DNA from: an uncultured Acidobacteriota bacterium
GTDB lineage: Bacteria > Acidobacteriota > UBA6911
Assembly: GCA_963809485.1 (NCBI GenBank)
Contig: CAWEJX010000004.1
Span: forward strand, 96,001 to 160,000
Direction of reading: 5' to 3'
DNA: 64,000 nt
The position numbers and the translations under genes are program-made. Positions 49,900 to 60,716 of this stretch are shown here, piece after piece (the stretch's first letter is position 1; each line of letters starts with the position of its first letter). The notes under the pieces were generated by a model, which saw only the letters and a program-made list of their open reading frames with translations, had not been told where the DNA came from and did not search any database.

Positions 49900-51738
49900 T
49901 TATTGCCTACTGATGACAAAAACGGCCATGTCGGCAAGCAGGTTTATGTCATCCTCGACCACACGCCCCTCCTCCGTATCCAGGGCGATGCATTCGTGAA
50001 TTTGTATTCCCCGTTTCCGGCAGAACTCCTCAAAATCGGAAATTGACAGGAAACGGATATTGGGCGTGTTGTACCATTCATGGCGCAGCAGCCCTGACGC
50101 TACAGGAGATCTTCCTTCGTCGTGGAGCATGGCGCGCAGCTTGTGATAGGCAAAATTCGGAAAACTTACGATAGATTTCCGGCCCACTCTCAACATGTCG
50201 GCGATCAGGCGCTCCACATCATGGACGGCCTGAAGGGTGTGAGACAGAACCACATAGTCAAACTGCGCATCCGCGAACGCAGCCAGGCCCAGGTTGAGAT
50301 CCGCCTGGACGACATCGAAACCCCGCTGGAGGCTGGAAAGGACATCCTCCTGGTTGAGTTCAAGCCCCAGGAGCTTCCGCTCGCCATGCAAGTGGAGCTT
50401 CGCCAGAAGCGATCCTCGGCCGCAGCCGAGATCCAGCACGCTGGCTTCCGGCTTTATCAGCTTCACGATTTGATCATAGTCAAGCCTGGGCGAGCGTTGC
50501 GCCCCGAAGATGCTCGCCGGTGCATAGATATAGACGTCGTCCTCTTCGAAGCTCCTGGGTGTCCCTTGGTGGACATTATCCAGGAAAGCGCGTACAAGCT
50601 CCCCATAAATGGGCAGATCGTCCGGCAGCAGAAAGGCATCATGGCCGCACTTGCTGGCAATGTTGCAGTAGCTGACCGGTTTCCCGAGAGCGATAAGCGA
50701 ATGCGTCAGCTCGAGGGACTGCTCCGGCGGAAACAGCCAGTCGCTGGTAAAGCTTGCTATGAGCCAGCGGCATTGTGATCGGATTAGGTTTGCCTTGAGC
50801 TCCTCCGCGGTTCGCCCGAGATCGAACAGGTCCATGGCCAGGGACAGCTTGATGTAGCTGTTGGCATCGAACCGTTCAACAAACTTGTCTCCCTGGTAGG
50901 CCAGATAGGAGCCGACGCTGAATTTCTTTTCGAACTCGGTTTCGATTTCGCGCGGCCGCAGCCGGTCTGCGCCAAACTTCTCCCGCATGGATTCCGGAGA
51001 GAGGTAGGTGATGTGGCCCAGCATGCGGGCCAGCGCAAGGCCGGCCGCAGGAACCGCGCCGTTATCGACATATTGGCCGCCGTTGAAGTTGGCGTCGCGC
51101 CGTATAGCATTGCGCCCGACCACATCAAAGGCCAGGGCTTGCGTCGTCAAGCGGGCTGAAGTGGCAAGCGCAACCGCTCCGGCCACCTCGCCGGGATATT
51201 GTATGGCCCACGTCAGGACCTGCTGGCCGCCCATGGATCCGCCGATCACCGCAAGAAGGCGGCGAACCCCAAGGTGCTGCACAAGCCTTCGTTGTGTATT
51301 GACGATATCGTGAGTTGTGATGGTCGGGAAGTCGGCTCCATACCTGCGTCCCGTTTCCGGATTCAGGCTGTTCGGCCCGGTAGTTCCGCGGCAGCCGCCC
51401 AGGGCATTCGGGCAAATAAGGAAATACCGGTCCGTATTGATCGCTTTTCCGGGTCCGACCATGATGTCCCACCAGCCGGGATCATCGGCTGCATCATGGC
51501 GAGCTACGTGGGAATCGCCGCTCAATGCATGGCAGATCAGAATGGCGTTGTCCCTGGCCTCGTTCAGCCGGCCGTAGGTCTCGTATGCCACCGCTATATC
51601 CCGGATCTGCCCGCCCAGTTCAAGCTCGAGCGGGTCCCGGAATTGGCAGCTTTGGACATGCCTGAGAGGGCGGGAGGAGCGAACGCTGTCACTGCTTTGA
51701 AATGTTTCGGCCATTTTGGCTTCACGATCCGGCTGCAT
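49900..51738 (-). CDS. metX: homoserine O-acetyltransferase fused to MetW-like methyltransferase domain
   Basis: ICHALSGDSH; GGSMGG; GHDAFL; then VLDLGCGRG...WYNTPNIR. Confidence 0.9.
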   Translation of the reverse strand: MQPDREAKMAETFQSSDSVRSSRPLRHVQSCQFRDPLELELGGQIRDIAVAYETYGRLNEARDNAILICHALSGDSHVARHDAADDPGWWDIMVGPGKAINTDRYFLICPNALGGCRGTTGPNSLNPETGRRYGADFPTITTHDIVNTQRRLVQHLGVRRLLAVIGGSMGGQQVLTWAIQYPGEVAGAVALATSARLTTQALAFDVVGRNAIRRDANFNGGQYVDNGAVPAAGLALARMLGHITYLSPESMREKFGADRLRPREIETEFEKKFSVGSYLAYQGDKFVERFDANSYIKLSLAMDLFDLGRTAEELKANLIRSQCRWLIASFTSDWLFPPEQSLELTHSLIALGKPVSYCNIASKCGHDAFLLPDDLPIYGELVRAFLDNVHQGTPRSFEEDDVYIYAPASIFGAQRSPRLDYDQIVKLIKPEASVLDLGCGRGSLLAKLHLHGERKLLGLELNQEDVLSSLQRGFDVVQADLNLGLAAFADAQFDYVVLSHTLQAVHDVERLIADMLRVGRKSIVSFPNFAYHKLRAMLHDEGRSPVASGLLRHEWYNTPNIRFLSISDFEEFCRKRGIQIHECIALDTEEGRVVEDDINLLADMAVFVISRQ

Positions 51739-51741
51739 GGG

Positions 51742-53049
51742 TTATATCTGCGATGCAGTCAAAGCCTGATCGAAGTCCTCGCGGATGTCCTCGATGTCCT
51801 CGATGCCGACTGAGACCCGTATATACTCTTGATTGACCCCGGCTTTCCGCTGCTCCTCCTCGGTCAGTTGGGAGTGGGTGGTGGAAGCAGGGTGAATGAC
51901 CAGTGTTCTGGCATCCCCGATATTCGCAAGGTGACTGGCGAGTCGGACATTGTTGATAAACTTTATCCCTGATTCCCTGCCGCCTCGAATGCCGAAACCC
52001 AGGATGGCGCCGGCGCCTTTCGCCAGGTAGCGCTGCGCAAGCTCGTAGTGCTTGTGGCCCGGCAGGCCGGGATAATTGACCCAGGTGACCGCGGGGTGTT
52101 TTTCAAGCCATTGAGCCAGCGTTAGTGCATTGGCAACATGCCGCTCCAGGCGGACATGCAGTGTTTCCAGCCCAAGCAGGAAAAGAAAGGCTGCAAAGGG
52201 ACTCATGCATGCGCCCGTGTCCCGGAGCCAATGAGTGCGGATGTGAAGGATGTAAGCCAGATTCCCCAAAGCCTTGGTCGCTTCCGTAAAAACCAGGCCA
52301 TGATAGGCTTCATCCGGCGCTGCGAATTCGGGCCATTTTTCAGGATTTTGCGCCCACGGGAACTTTCCGCTGTCGACAATTGCCCCGCCGATGTGCACGC
52401 CGTGGCCGCCGATGAATTTGGTCGTCGAATACACGACAATGTCTACTCCGTGGTCGATGGGACGGAAAAGCGCCGGAGTCAGGACGGTATTGTCAACAAT
52501 CAGGGGAAGCCCGCGCTGATGGGCGAGATCGGAGATTTTTCGGAAATCAGGAATGTCGTTTTTGGGATTGCCCACCGACTCGAGATAGACAAGCCGTGTC
52601 TTGTCATCGGCCAACCGGCTGATCTCTTCCGGATGATCAGGATCGAAGAAGCGCGCCTCGACGCCCAATTTCCTGAAGGTCTGGGAAAAAAGCGTCCATG
52701 TTCCGCCATATAAACTGGTTGAGGAGATGAAATTCTGCCCGGAATGGGCAATCGTCAGAATTGCGGCCGTAATAGCCGCCTGGCCGCTCGAGAATGCCAG
52801 GCCGCCGATTCCACCATCAAGGGCCGCCAGGCGTTTTTCGAGTACATCGCAGGTGGGATTCATCAGCCGCGAGTAAATATTGCCGGATTCCTTCAGCGCA
52901 AAAAGGTTGGCGGCATGCTCGGGACTTTGGAAAACGTAGCTGCTGGTTGCATAGATCGGGACGGCGCAGGCCCTTGTCGCCGGATCCGGTTCCTGTCCTG
53001 CATGCAGCGCCAAAGTTGCCAAACGGTGCCTGTTGCTTCCTTCGCTCAT
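51742..53049 (-). CDS. metY: O-acetylhomoserine sulfhydrylase
   Basis: PIYATSSY; IYSRLMNPT; STTKFIGGHG; LANIGDARTLVIHPASTTHSQL. Confidence 0.95.
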   Translation of the reverse strand: MSEGSNRHRLATLALHAGQEPDPATRACAVPIYATSSYVFQSPEHAANLFALKESGNIYSRLMNPTCDVLEKRLAALDGGIGGLAFSSGQAAITAAILTIAHSGQNFISSTSLYGGTWTLFSQTFRKLGVEARFFDPDHPEEISRLADDKTRLVYLESVGNPKNDIPDFRKISDLAHQRGLPLIVDNTVLTPALFRPIDHGVDIVVYSTTKFIGGHGVHIGGAIVDSGKFPWAQNPEKWPEFAAPDEAYHGLVFTEATKALGNLAYILHIRTHWLRDTGACMSPFAAFLFLLGLETLHVRLERHVANALTLAQWLEKHPAVTWVNYPGLPGHKHYELAQRYLAKGAGAILGFGIRGGRESGIKFINNVRLASHLANIGDARTLVIHPASTTHSQLTEEEQRKAGVNQEYIRVSVGIEDIEDIREDFDQALTASQI

Positions 53050-53097
53050 TCCTCCTCCTCTTTCCCAGCAAAGTATTTTATGAATCCGAATTTCTTA

Positions 53098-53127
53098 ATA
53101 GTTCACTAAAACGATCGGGATTGTCAA
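53098..53127 (-). promoter_or_regulatory. TTGACA box overlapping a 25-bp Rrf2-type operator-like sequence
   Basis: minus strand reads TTGACAATCCCGATCGTTTTAGTGAACTAT upstream of the rrf2-containing operon; resembles IscR type-1 boxes. Confidence 0.5.
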
Positions 53128-53197
53128 GTTATAATTCCAGAATGTTTCTTTTATGGGTATGGGTGAATACAAATGCAGCCGGATAAACTACTAAGGA

Positions 53198-54002
53198 TCA
53201 GCGTTGGTCAGCGTTATAGCTTGGGGGATGGACTTTGGTAAATTCAAGCATCAGAGGCAAAACCTTGTCGATTGAAGTCAGTTCCTGTGTGTGATCAAGT
53301 CCCTCCACAACCTGTACCTGAACACTGGATCCCTCGAGCAGCGCCCCATATTCCGCGATTCCGGCCATTGCCCCATCATTGTCCGAGCCGGCCAGCCAGA
53401 GCGTCGGGCAACGGATATCTCCGGGCTCAATCCTGCCCCATTCCAGCATGCTGCTTGCCTGAGCGACAATCAGCGGCATGTTGCGCCTCAACAGTTGTTC
53501 CTGATCCTGCGGGGAAAGCGATTCAAGGTTCAGCGTTCCATCCCGTTGGGCGTTCAGAATGGGCAGCCAGTGGTCGCGGAAGTCCGATCGTGAGCAGGCG
53601 GAAATCACCCGATGCCCCCAAACCAAAGCTGATGCCTATCATGATGAAACTGGCGACACGGGCTGATTGTGCAGCCAGGTAACGCGCGATATTCCCGCCC
53701 AGGGAATATCCCCAAAGCGCAAAGCGTTCGATGCCGCAGGCATCCGCCACTGCAAGGACATCCTGGCAGTGCTTCTCAATGGCGTAATCCGATACCGCCA
53801 GGGGCTTGTCACTTTCGCCGTTGCCCCGGATATCGACGGCAATCACCTTGTAGTCGTTCTTGAGCCGGTCCACGTAACCTGCGTCGTGCCAGACCTGCCG
53901 GCTCTGAAGGCCGCCGTGCAGCAAAAGGATGGGCGGTCCGGTCCCGTTGACATCATAGGTAATCCGGACCCCATCGGATGAAACAGCGAAGCCTGCGCTC
54001 AT
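53198..54002 (-). CDS. alpha/beta hydrolase (+1 frameshift near 53585)
   Basis: LLLHG; DIRGNGES; GYSLGG nucleophile; PTLWLAGSDN...GLDH in the adjacent frame. Confidence 0.8.
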
Positions 54003-54058
54003 AGTCACACCCGTGAAAGTAGGTGGAAGAACACAATTGGGGCCGCATTATCCGGGCT

Positions 54059-54443
54059 TTATCTTTGCGGATTCTTCGACGTTGGCCTGAGTGTCGCATC
54101 GTTGCCGGCGAGTCCGTTCTTGATTTGGTCATAAAGACCCGGGTATTTCGCCTGCAGGTCCTTATCTTTGAGCTTCTTCGCCAGGGTTTTGCCGTCTTTG
54201 GTTTTTACCGTATAGACCGTTCCCTGCGAACTCCGGAGTATGGTGACGGTTCTGTCCCTGCTTTCGAGGTAGCCGATGACAAGATCTTTTCCGGCTGAAG
54301 CCTTCGCCGTTTGTTCCTGCTTGTTTGCCGCTGACCTGGCAGGATCGATGGCGCCCTGGGCAAAAGAGGGATCAGACACCGGCACGGCGAAGCAGGAAGC
54401 AAGAATGCCAAGGGAGAGGAATGCTGCTCTTTGTAGGTTTCAT
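54059..54443 (-). CDS. small secreted hypothetical protein (+1 frameshift at 54430-54432)
   Basis: ATG AAA CCT ACA is one base off the signal-peptide frame AAFLSLGILASCFAVPVSDPSFAQ. Confidence 0.55.
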
Positions 54444-54654
54444 TAGGCACCCCCGTGGTCAGCATTTATAAAGTCGTCCTCGATCCAGCTCGAGGATTGG
54501 ATCATCAGGTATCCGTATTATCTCTCCGGACAGCCCAGGCTGCAACATTGGAGGCCGGCAAAACAATTTGATCCGGCAGGGTTTCGGGACTTGGAGTCCT
54601 GCAGCCAATAAGATCACTGCCAAAGACTCAATGGCGCGGCCAGGCAGAAGTCCC

Positions 54655-55107
54655 TCATCGTCTGCCGATGCCTTCAGCCCCCGTTATCTCGGACGACGGA
54701 GCGAAATACATTCTGCTCACAACAGCGAAGAGAACTCCGGTGGACCAGCCGCACATCAGTATTCCCGTCAGCGCCTCCGCCGCCGCGAAGATACGCCACT
54801 GATCGGGCAGGACGAGGTCGCCATAGCCAACGGTGGTGTATGTGACGGCGCTGAAGTAGAAAGATGTCCTGAAATCGGGGAAAATCTTCCACCAGGTCAA
54901 AACAGATGCCCAGCTGGCGATTTCCGACAGATGAGCCGATAGCATGCCTGCGGCAACCAGGATCAGGATTGAGACGGCATGCCAGAAGTGAAGGACCTTT
55001 GGCCTGGGAATCCGGCTCAGGCGGCGGAGCATCACCGTCATCGCGAGTGCATGAACTACAACACACACGGCAAGCAGAACAGCGGGCATCACCAGACGTA
55101 TAAGCAT
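54655..55107 (-). CDS. potassium channel family protein (pore-only)
   Basis: FYFSAVTYTTVGYGD selectivity filter. Confidence 0.88.
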   Translation of the reverse strand: MLIRLVMPAVLLAVCVVVHALAMTVMLRRLSRIPRPKVLHFWHAVSILILVAAGMLSAHLSEIASWASVLTWWKIFPDFRTSFYFSAVTYTTVGYGDLVLPDQWRIFAAAEALTGILMCGWSTGVLFAVVSRMYFAPSSEITGAEGIGRR

Positions 55108-55393
55108 CGCTCAGCGTCCTTGCGGTTTCCGGATCAACGAATTGAAAACCGGGACCGAGGTTTGAATTCGTGCCTGAAAAATGACGGATGAAGGTGATCA
55201 TAGTCCGTTGCTTGTCTTGCGTCCATATATTTGTCCGCTTCTCCCGGCCGGGCTCAAAAACCCCTTGCGCGAAGCCCCGGCCTGGGGCATAAATTATGGG
55301 CCCTGAACAAAGCCTCGAAGCTGAATGTTCGCCTGGAGCGTTCCGGGACATCAAGAGGGTTTAAATTCGCGTTCAGGTCAAGGAGTGAAAAAT

Positions 55394-55699
55394 ATGAAAG
55401 GCATTTGCATTCTGACTGCGGTTGTGCTTTTTGCCGCAGCCCCGATATTGTTGTGGGCCGCAGAGGATGGGGCGGCTCTTTATGAAAGCAGGTGTTCCAT
55501 GTGCCACGGCGCCCAGGGGGAAGGCAATCCTGATGGAGGGCTGCCCGCACTCAAGGGAACCTCGTTGACTGCAGAGAAAATCATCGCCCTGCTCATGAAG
55601 GGCGAAAAAGATAAGACAATCCACGCGGATCCGATCAGCGACCTGAAAGAAGAGCAAGCTAAAGCTATCACGGATCACGTGACAAAAATGAAAAAGTAG
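55394..55699 (+). CDS. small periplasmic monoheme cytochrome c
   Basis: AGGAG RBS; signal peptide; DGAALYESRCSMCHG. Confidence 0.85.
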   Translation: MKGICILTAVVLFAAAPILLWAAEDGAALYESRCSMCHGAQGEGNPDGGLPALKGTSLTAEKIIALLMKGEKDKTIHADPISDLKEEQAKAITDHVTKMKK

Positions 55700-55715
55700 C
55701 AGGCGAGAAACCACG

Positions 55716-55742
55716 CAGGGGTGCCCTGCCGGGCACCCTGTA
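55716..55742 (+). terminator. hairpin / possible terminator
   Basis: GGGTGCCC-TGCC-GGGCACCC; weak T-tract. Confidence 0.45.
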
Positions 55743-55988
55743 TGCCTTTGGCTGCATCGGATGATGCAGCGCCTCTTGTGAACCTCCCTTTCGGTAAGGT
55801 CTATTTTATATGGTCGCGTTAATATATTCACGCAATCAAAGGGCATGGCCTGCCCCGCCGCGTTCCACACAATGAACTGCATACATCCTCGGCTCTTGAA
55901 TCCGCCTGCAATTCCCATTTCTCTATCCAATCCACTTTCGTTACAATAAACACTACATCTGACAATCCATACAACAGCCGAGGAATAT

Positions 55989-56859
55989 ATGCTCGCTCAA
56001 ATCGTCCTAACTCCCGCAGAATCAAAAAAGCTCATCGCAAAGGCTGTGGCCAGGTTAGAGGCCGTGCAGCAGGCAGTAAAGAAAGGGATCGTCGCACTCC
56101 ATCCCAGCAGCAGCACCTACTTCATCGTGGAAGAAATCACCGGATCAAAACCGAAGACTAATTACTGGGTATGCGGCGTGGTCACGCCGAGGGGAATGTG
56201 CGTGGAAATGGCAATGGTGCTCGGCAGTGGGCTGACTCCCCGCGAAGACAAGGCCGATCCCGGCGATCTTCAGGGGACATGGGTGATAGAAAAGGGCCAA
56301 TTGGGAGGCGAAGAGAAGCTATCCAGCCTGCTCTACCGAATGACAGCCTCCGACGTCTACGTCAAAGGCGTCAATGCGCTGGATCCGGAAGGGAATGTCG
56401 GCATTCTCTTCGGTCTTGAGGGATCGATGGGATATATCCAGGCCGCGAGAAGGAAAAGAAACTTTACCATCATCTATCCGGCCGGACTGGAAAAGCTCAT
56501 TCCTATCCCGGTGAAGGAAGCGGCGAAAGAGGCAAAGTTCACCCGATATGAGTCGGGTATGGGAATGCCTGTTGGGCTTTTTCCTTGTCCAGCAGGTGTC
56601 ACGGTCAACGAAGTGACGGGCAATCCAGATACTGAGCGGCGCTTCGGCAATACCCGTCGCGTCGGGCGGCCTGGGAGGCGCGGAAGGGGCGATCACGCTT
56701 GTCCTGAAAGGGAAGCCTGATGAGGTAAAGAAGGCGCTCGATTTCGTTGAACAGTCGAAAGGAGCCAGGCTTCCGGATCTCCGTCTCTGCAACTGCAACG
56801 ATTGTCCGGTGCCAAATTGCAGGTTCCCGATGGCGGGTAAACGGTGGGCTTCGCTGTAA
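55989..56859 (+). CDS. conserved hypothetical protein with Cys-rich C-terminus (+1 frameshift at 56618-56620)
   Basis: LTPAESKKLIAKAV...YVKGVNALD...PAGLEKLIP continues as AIQILSG...ASGGLGGAEG...CNCNDCPVPNC. Confidence 0.75.
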
Positions 56860-57098
56860 CATTCCGCTCCACAATTTACCGGCCCTTCCCGTCCGCAGTT
56901 TCCTCCTGATCAAAAACTGAAGAAAAGCGATATGCCGGAAGTCCCGGCCAGGCCCCAGACCTTCCGCTTTACTGATTTCCAGATGCTCTGGCTTTGTTCG
57001 CCAGAGTCGTCTATCGCGCTTCTCGCGCCGGGAGGTGAAGCTCCATGGGTTTATGGAGCTTCACCTCTCAAAACAGCTCTCTAATTCCGGGGCGCAGC

Positions 57099-60000
57099 CT
57101 AAAACTGGAACCGGGCGACTATGATCCCCGCTCGAGGTGCAACGGCCACGGTAGTCGTATTGATGTATCCGAAGCCGGAAATCGTCTGGCCGGTGGCCGG
57201 GTTTCTGGTTTGCGTGGCTTGGGCGTTCGTCGATGTGGGACTATTCATCTCGGTGCGGTTGAAAATGTTTGAGAAATCCGCCCGTATATTGATCGAGATC
57301 CCCTCCTTGATCGGGAAATTGCGCGCGAGACTCATGCTTTCACCGGGCCGGCGCTGCTGCCGGTAATCGTTGTAATACGCGGCTCCGGTGCCGAATTGCC
57401 CGGCAGGCGGATCGACCCAGGCGTTCTTATTCAGAACAAATTCCTGGTTCGGGTCGATGCAATGACAGTTGAGATCCTTGGTGTAGAGGTCCTCCCCCGG
57501 TACCCGGTTGGCATAGGTGTTCTGGAAGAGCACCGAGCTGAGCTGATTTTGCGCGACCGGAGCCAGAATCGGCATGCCGCTTGCGTACTGCAAGGTTGCG
57601 CCGATCGTCCAATCCCGGAGTATCCAGGACGCAATCTTGTTGGCATTCCATGTCGGCACGGTGTAATTCGCCGCAATCACGAAAACAAGGGGCCGGGAGA
57701 GCATGGAAAGGTACTTGTTCACGCGCCGGTCGAAAACATTGTTTATCGCTGCGCCGCTTACTCCCATAGCATTCCCCTGCTGCTCCGCACCCATGGTCAG
57801 CTCTTTCTGCCAGGTAAAAGCAGCGGTGAAATCAAGCCCATAGGAATAGCGTTTGGTAACCTTTGCCTGCAAGGAGTCATACCAGGTTCTGCCAAGGGGC
57901 GCCCACATATATCGGATCGCGGGCGTACCGGTGGTCGTGCCTGCAAACTGCGGAAACGGGCGCAACGACTGGGCTACGGTAGACGACATCGGAAAGCCCT
58001 CATAGGGCGGTATGTTGAATCCGCGTTGCGCCGCCAGCGACGAATTCAGCGGAGAGGTCAGCAGCTTCCGGTCATCCGCGTTGTTGACGTTGAGCCCAAA
58101 AGAGGCAATACGCTCGGCTGACAACGCATTGACATTGATCAGGTCGTTGGCTTCCCACCAGGCGCCGCGGTTGCCGACATAGGAGATCTCCACGACCAGG
58201 TTCCTTAAGATCTCGTGCTGAATGCCAATGCTCCATTGGAACTGCCTCGGCGGCCGGCCGGCGTTGCCATCGATTGCGACCGGGGGCGCGCTGAGCGTGC
58301 CTGCAAGAGGATACAAACCGGCATCCAAGACAGGCCATGGCCTCGGAGCAGGCATGCCGTTGCGCAAGAGGCCCGCCGGATTGCCGTATGCGGGCGAGTA
58401 ATACGGGTTGCTGGAGCCGACCTTCCAGGATGCCTGATTTTCGTTGGCTGTTTGGCCGTAAGAGACGCCCAATCCCATACGCAGGACGGTTTTGGGCGTA
58501 ATCTGATATGCGGCTCCCAACCGCGGACCGAATGCATAGGGGTATACCTCCGCGAAGTCACAGTTGCACTGACCCGGTCCGGAGCCTTCATAAATCACGG
58601 CCCCCAACAGGCCGCCCGCGGATGGATTCGGGGTTGTGGGCGAGAAACTCGCGATCCGGCCGTGCGGATCCTTGAAGTACTCCTGGTAATCCCATCTAAG
58701 TCCGTAGTCGAGCGTAAATCTACGGGTAACCTTCCAGGTATCCTGGGCGTATGCCGACCATGCGGATTTACCCAGCCGGGGGTCGCTGGGAACCCCGCTG
58801 TTGCCGTCAGCAATAAGCCCCAGGAGAAAACTCGCGTAGGGGAATCCAATGGTGCCACCCTGCAAAGGCTGCCCCAGAATCGAGGGAAGACCGGTCTGCT
58901 CCACGCCGAAGTTGTAATAACCGTAGGAGGGGGCATAGAGTGTGGTGGGATATTTCTCCTGGCGCAATTCCGCGCCGAACTTCAAGGTGTGGTTATCCTT
59001 CACCCATGTAAGGCTGGCGCTTCCGGAAGGTTTGAACATAACCGATTTGGTTTGCATATAGGGGCCCATGTTGCCGGTCGCCATGCTGACCGCTCGCGCC
59101 GACATGCCGCCGCGAGCCGCCGAGAGTCCAGAAATGAATGGGAAGACGGTGTACAGAGATCCCGGAAGACCGAGTTCTTTGAGCTGGTCAAAATTGGTAT
59201 CGTATGCGGGATCCAGGAACTGCAGATTCTGGACACCGGCAGCCAAATGAAGCACCATGGTCGGCGTGACGGTATAATCAAAGGCCATCTGCGCTATATA
59301 AGACTCCTGGTCCGTATTCCTTTCGGTGGAGACCGGAGAAGGAATGCCGTCTCCCCCCGGAGGCCCGGGCGCGTGCTGGTTCAGGATATCTGTCGATGAC
59401 CAGAAGAACGAAAGCTTGGTGCGGTTGCTCAGGTTGTGGTTGATTTTGAAGGCCGGGATGGTTCGAATGTTGGGGCTGTCCCAGGGATTCAGATAGTTAA
59501 GTGTCACAGCCGCGCTCGTGGGTTCCGGAATGAGATTTTGGATCTTAACCGCGACCGGATCGAATCGGTCCTGCGGAATTGTGTTATTGGTAAACGGATC
59601 TCGAACGCGCAGTCCGTTAACGAGGCGTTCGGTCTGCGGATCGTATATCGTGCCTTCCATAATTGGACGGCCAAGGGGATCGCAATTGGGATTCGCCGTT
59701 GGACAAAGATTCTTCCCTGTCAGAGCTTGGCGGAAATCGCCGCTGCGATAAGCGAGAGTGGGCATCGTATATGTGGTATTAAACTTGGTCACCTCGCGGT
59801 ACTCCTCGAAGCTGAAAAAGAAGAACGTCTTATCGTGGCCGTCGTAAACCTTTGGGATGTAGACCGGCCCGCTGAAGGTGAAACCATAGTTGTTCCTGCG
59901 TACGCGGCTCTTCCTGTTTATAAAGGGCGTACTTGCGTTTAGCGCTTCATTGGACCAGTAGTCGTATGCGCTTCCGTGGTAGGAGTTGGTGCCGGATTTC

Positions 60001-60716
60001 ATGGTGATATTGAAATAGCCGCCGCCGGCCTGTCCGAACTCGGCGGCGTAGTTGCTGGTCTGAATCGCGTATTCCTCAATTGCGGCCATGCTTTGCTGGC
60101 TCATCCCCGTGCTCTGCTGCAGCATTCCGTTTGTGGCCTCCATTCCGTCGACCCGGATGCTCATCGAGGCGGAAGGGGCGCCATTGACGCGAAACCAGGC
60201 TCTGTTCTGGTAGAGCGTGCCCGGAAGCAGCGTCATCACCGCATAGGGATCTCGAATGATATTGGAAAATCCTAAAATGGGCAGGTTATCCACGCGCGTG
60301 CCGGTGACATTATGGCTGAGTTCGCCGCTTTCTGTTTTCAGGAGCGGCGCATCGGCGCTGACCGAAACAGTTTCGGTGATGGTGCCGACCTCCATCGCGA
60401 TATCAATGCGCAATGTCTGCGCAACCATGACCGTGATTCCGGTTCGTAAATACTGCTTGAATCCGGCCTGGGTTGCCGTGATCTGATAGACTCCGACCGG
60501 CAGTTGGGCCAGGGTGTAATTGCCAGTCGCCGAACTGACAGTCTGATAAACGGCCCCCGTTTGTGTGTTTTTGGCTTCAATCTGGGCTTTCGGGATCATG
60601 GCGCCGGCCGGGTCCGAAATGGTCCCGGTTATGGTGCCCCGGTCGCTTTGAGCCGAAGCCGGGGCTGCTGCGAAGATTAGACAAGCAACTGCAATCAAAC
60701 ATGCAACTGAACGCAT
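57099..60716 (-). CDS. TonB-dependent receptor (Oar-like, carboxypeptidase-regulatory-like N-domain)
   Basis: signal peptide; GTITGTISDPAGA; TSNYAAEFG..GGG; KSGTNSYHGS; QDTWKV..TLDYGLRWD; C-terminal RFQF. Confidence 0.93.
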   Translation of the reverse strand: MRSVACLIAVACLIFAAAPASAQSDRGTITGTISDPAGAMIPKAQIEAKNTQTGAVYQTVSSATGNYTLAQLPVGVYQITATQAGFKQYLRTGITVMVAQTLRIDIAMEVGTITETVSVSADAPLLKTESGELSHNVTGTRVDNLPILGFSNIIRDPYAVMTLLPGTLYQNRAWFRVNGAPSASMSIRVDGMEATNGMLQQSTGMSQQSMAAIEEYAIQTSNYAAEFGQAGGGYFNITMKSGTNSYHGSAYDYWSNEALNASTPFINRKSRVRRNNYGFTFSGPVYIPKVYDGHDKTFFFFSFEEYREVTKFNTTYTMPTLAYRSGDFRQALTGKNLCPTANPNCDPLGRPIMEGTIYDPQTERLVNGLRVRDPFTNNTIPQDRFDPVAVKIQNLIPEPTSAAVTLNYLNPWDSPNIRTIPAFKINHNLSNRTKLSFFWSSTDILNQHAPGPPGGDGIPSPVSTERNTDQESYIAQMAFDYTVTPTMVLHLAAGVQNLQFLDPAYDTNFDQLKELGLPGSLYTVFPFISGLSAARGGMSARAVSMATGNMGPYMQTKSVMFKPSGSASLTWVKDNHTLKFGAELRQEKYPTTLYAPSYGYYNFGVEQTGLPSILGQPLQGGTIGFPYASFLLGLIADGNSGVPSDPRLGKSAWSAYAQDTWKVTRRFTLDYGLRWDYQEYFKDPHGRIASFSPTTPNPSAGGLLGAVIYEGSGPGQCNCDFAEVYPYAFGPRLGAAYQITPKTVLRMGLGVSYGQTANENQASWKVGSSNPYYSPAYGNPAGLLRNGMPAPRPWPVLDAGLYPLAGTLSAPPVAIDGNAGRPPRQFQWSIGIQHEILRNLVVEISYVGNRGAWWEANDLINVNALSAERIASFGLNVNNADDRKLLTSPLNSSLAAQRGFNIPPYEGFPMSSTVAQSLRPFPQFAGTTTGTPAIRYMWAPLGRTWYDSLQAKVTKRYSYGLDFTAAFTWQKELTMGAEQQGNAMGVSGAAINNVFDRRVNKYLSMLSRPLVFVIAANYTVPTWNANKIASWILRDWTIGATLQYASGMPILAPVAQNQLSSVLFQNTYANRVPGEDLYTKDLNCHCIDPNQEFVLNKNAWVDPPAGQFGTGAAYYNDYRQQRRPGESMSLARNFPIKEGISINIRADFSNIFNRTEMNSPTSTNAQATQTRNPATGQTISGFGYINTTTVAVAPRAGIIVARFQF

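Noticed and set aside
58215-59399. Long antisense ORFs (also 8917..9834, 11597..12553, 30263..31423)
   Set aside because: They are shadows of well-supported genes on the opposite strand in GC-rich DNA and carry no motifs
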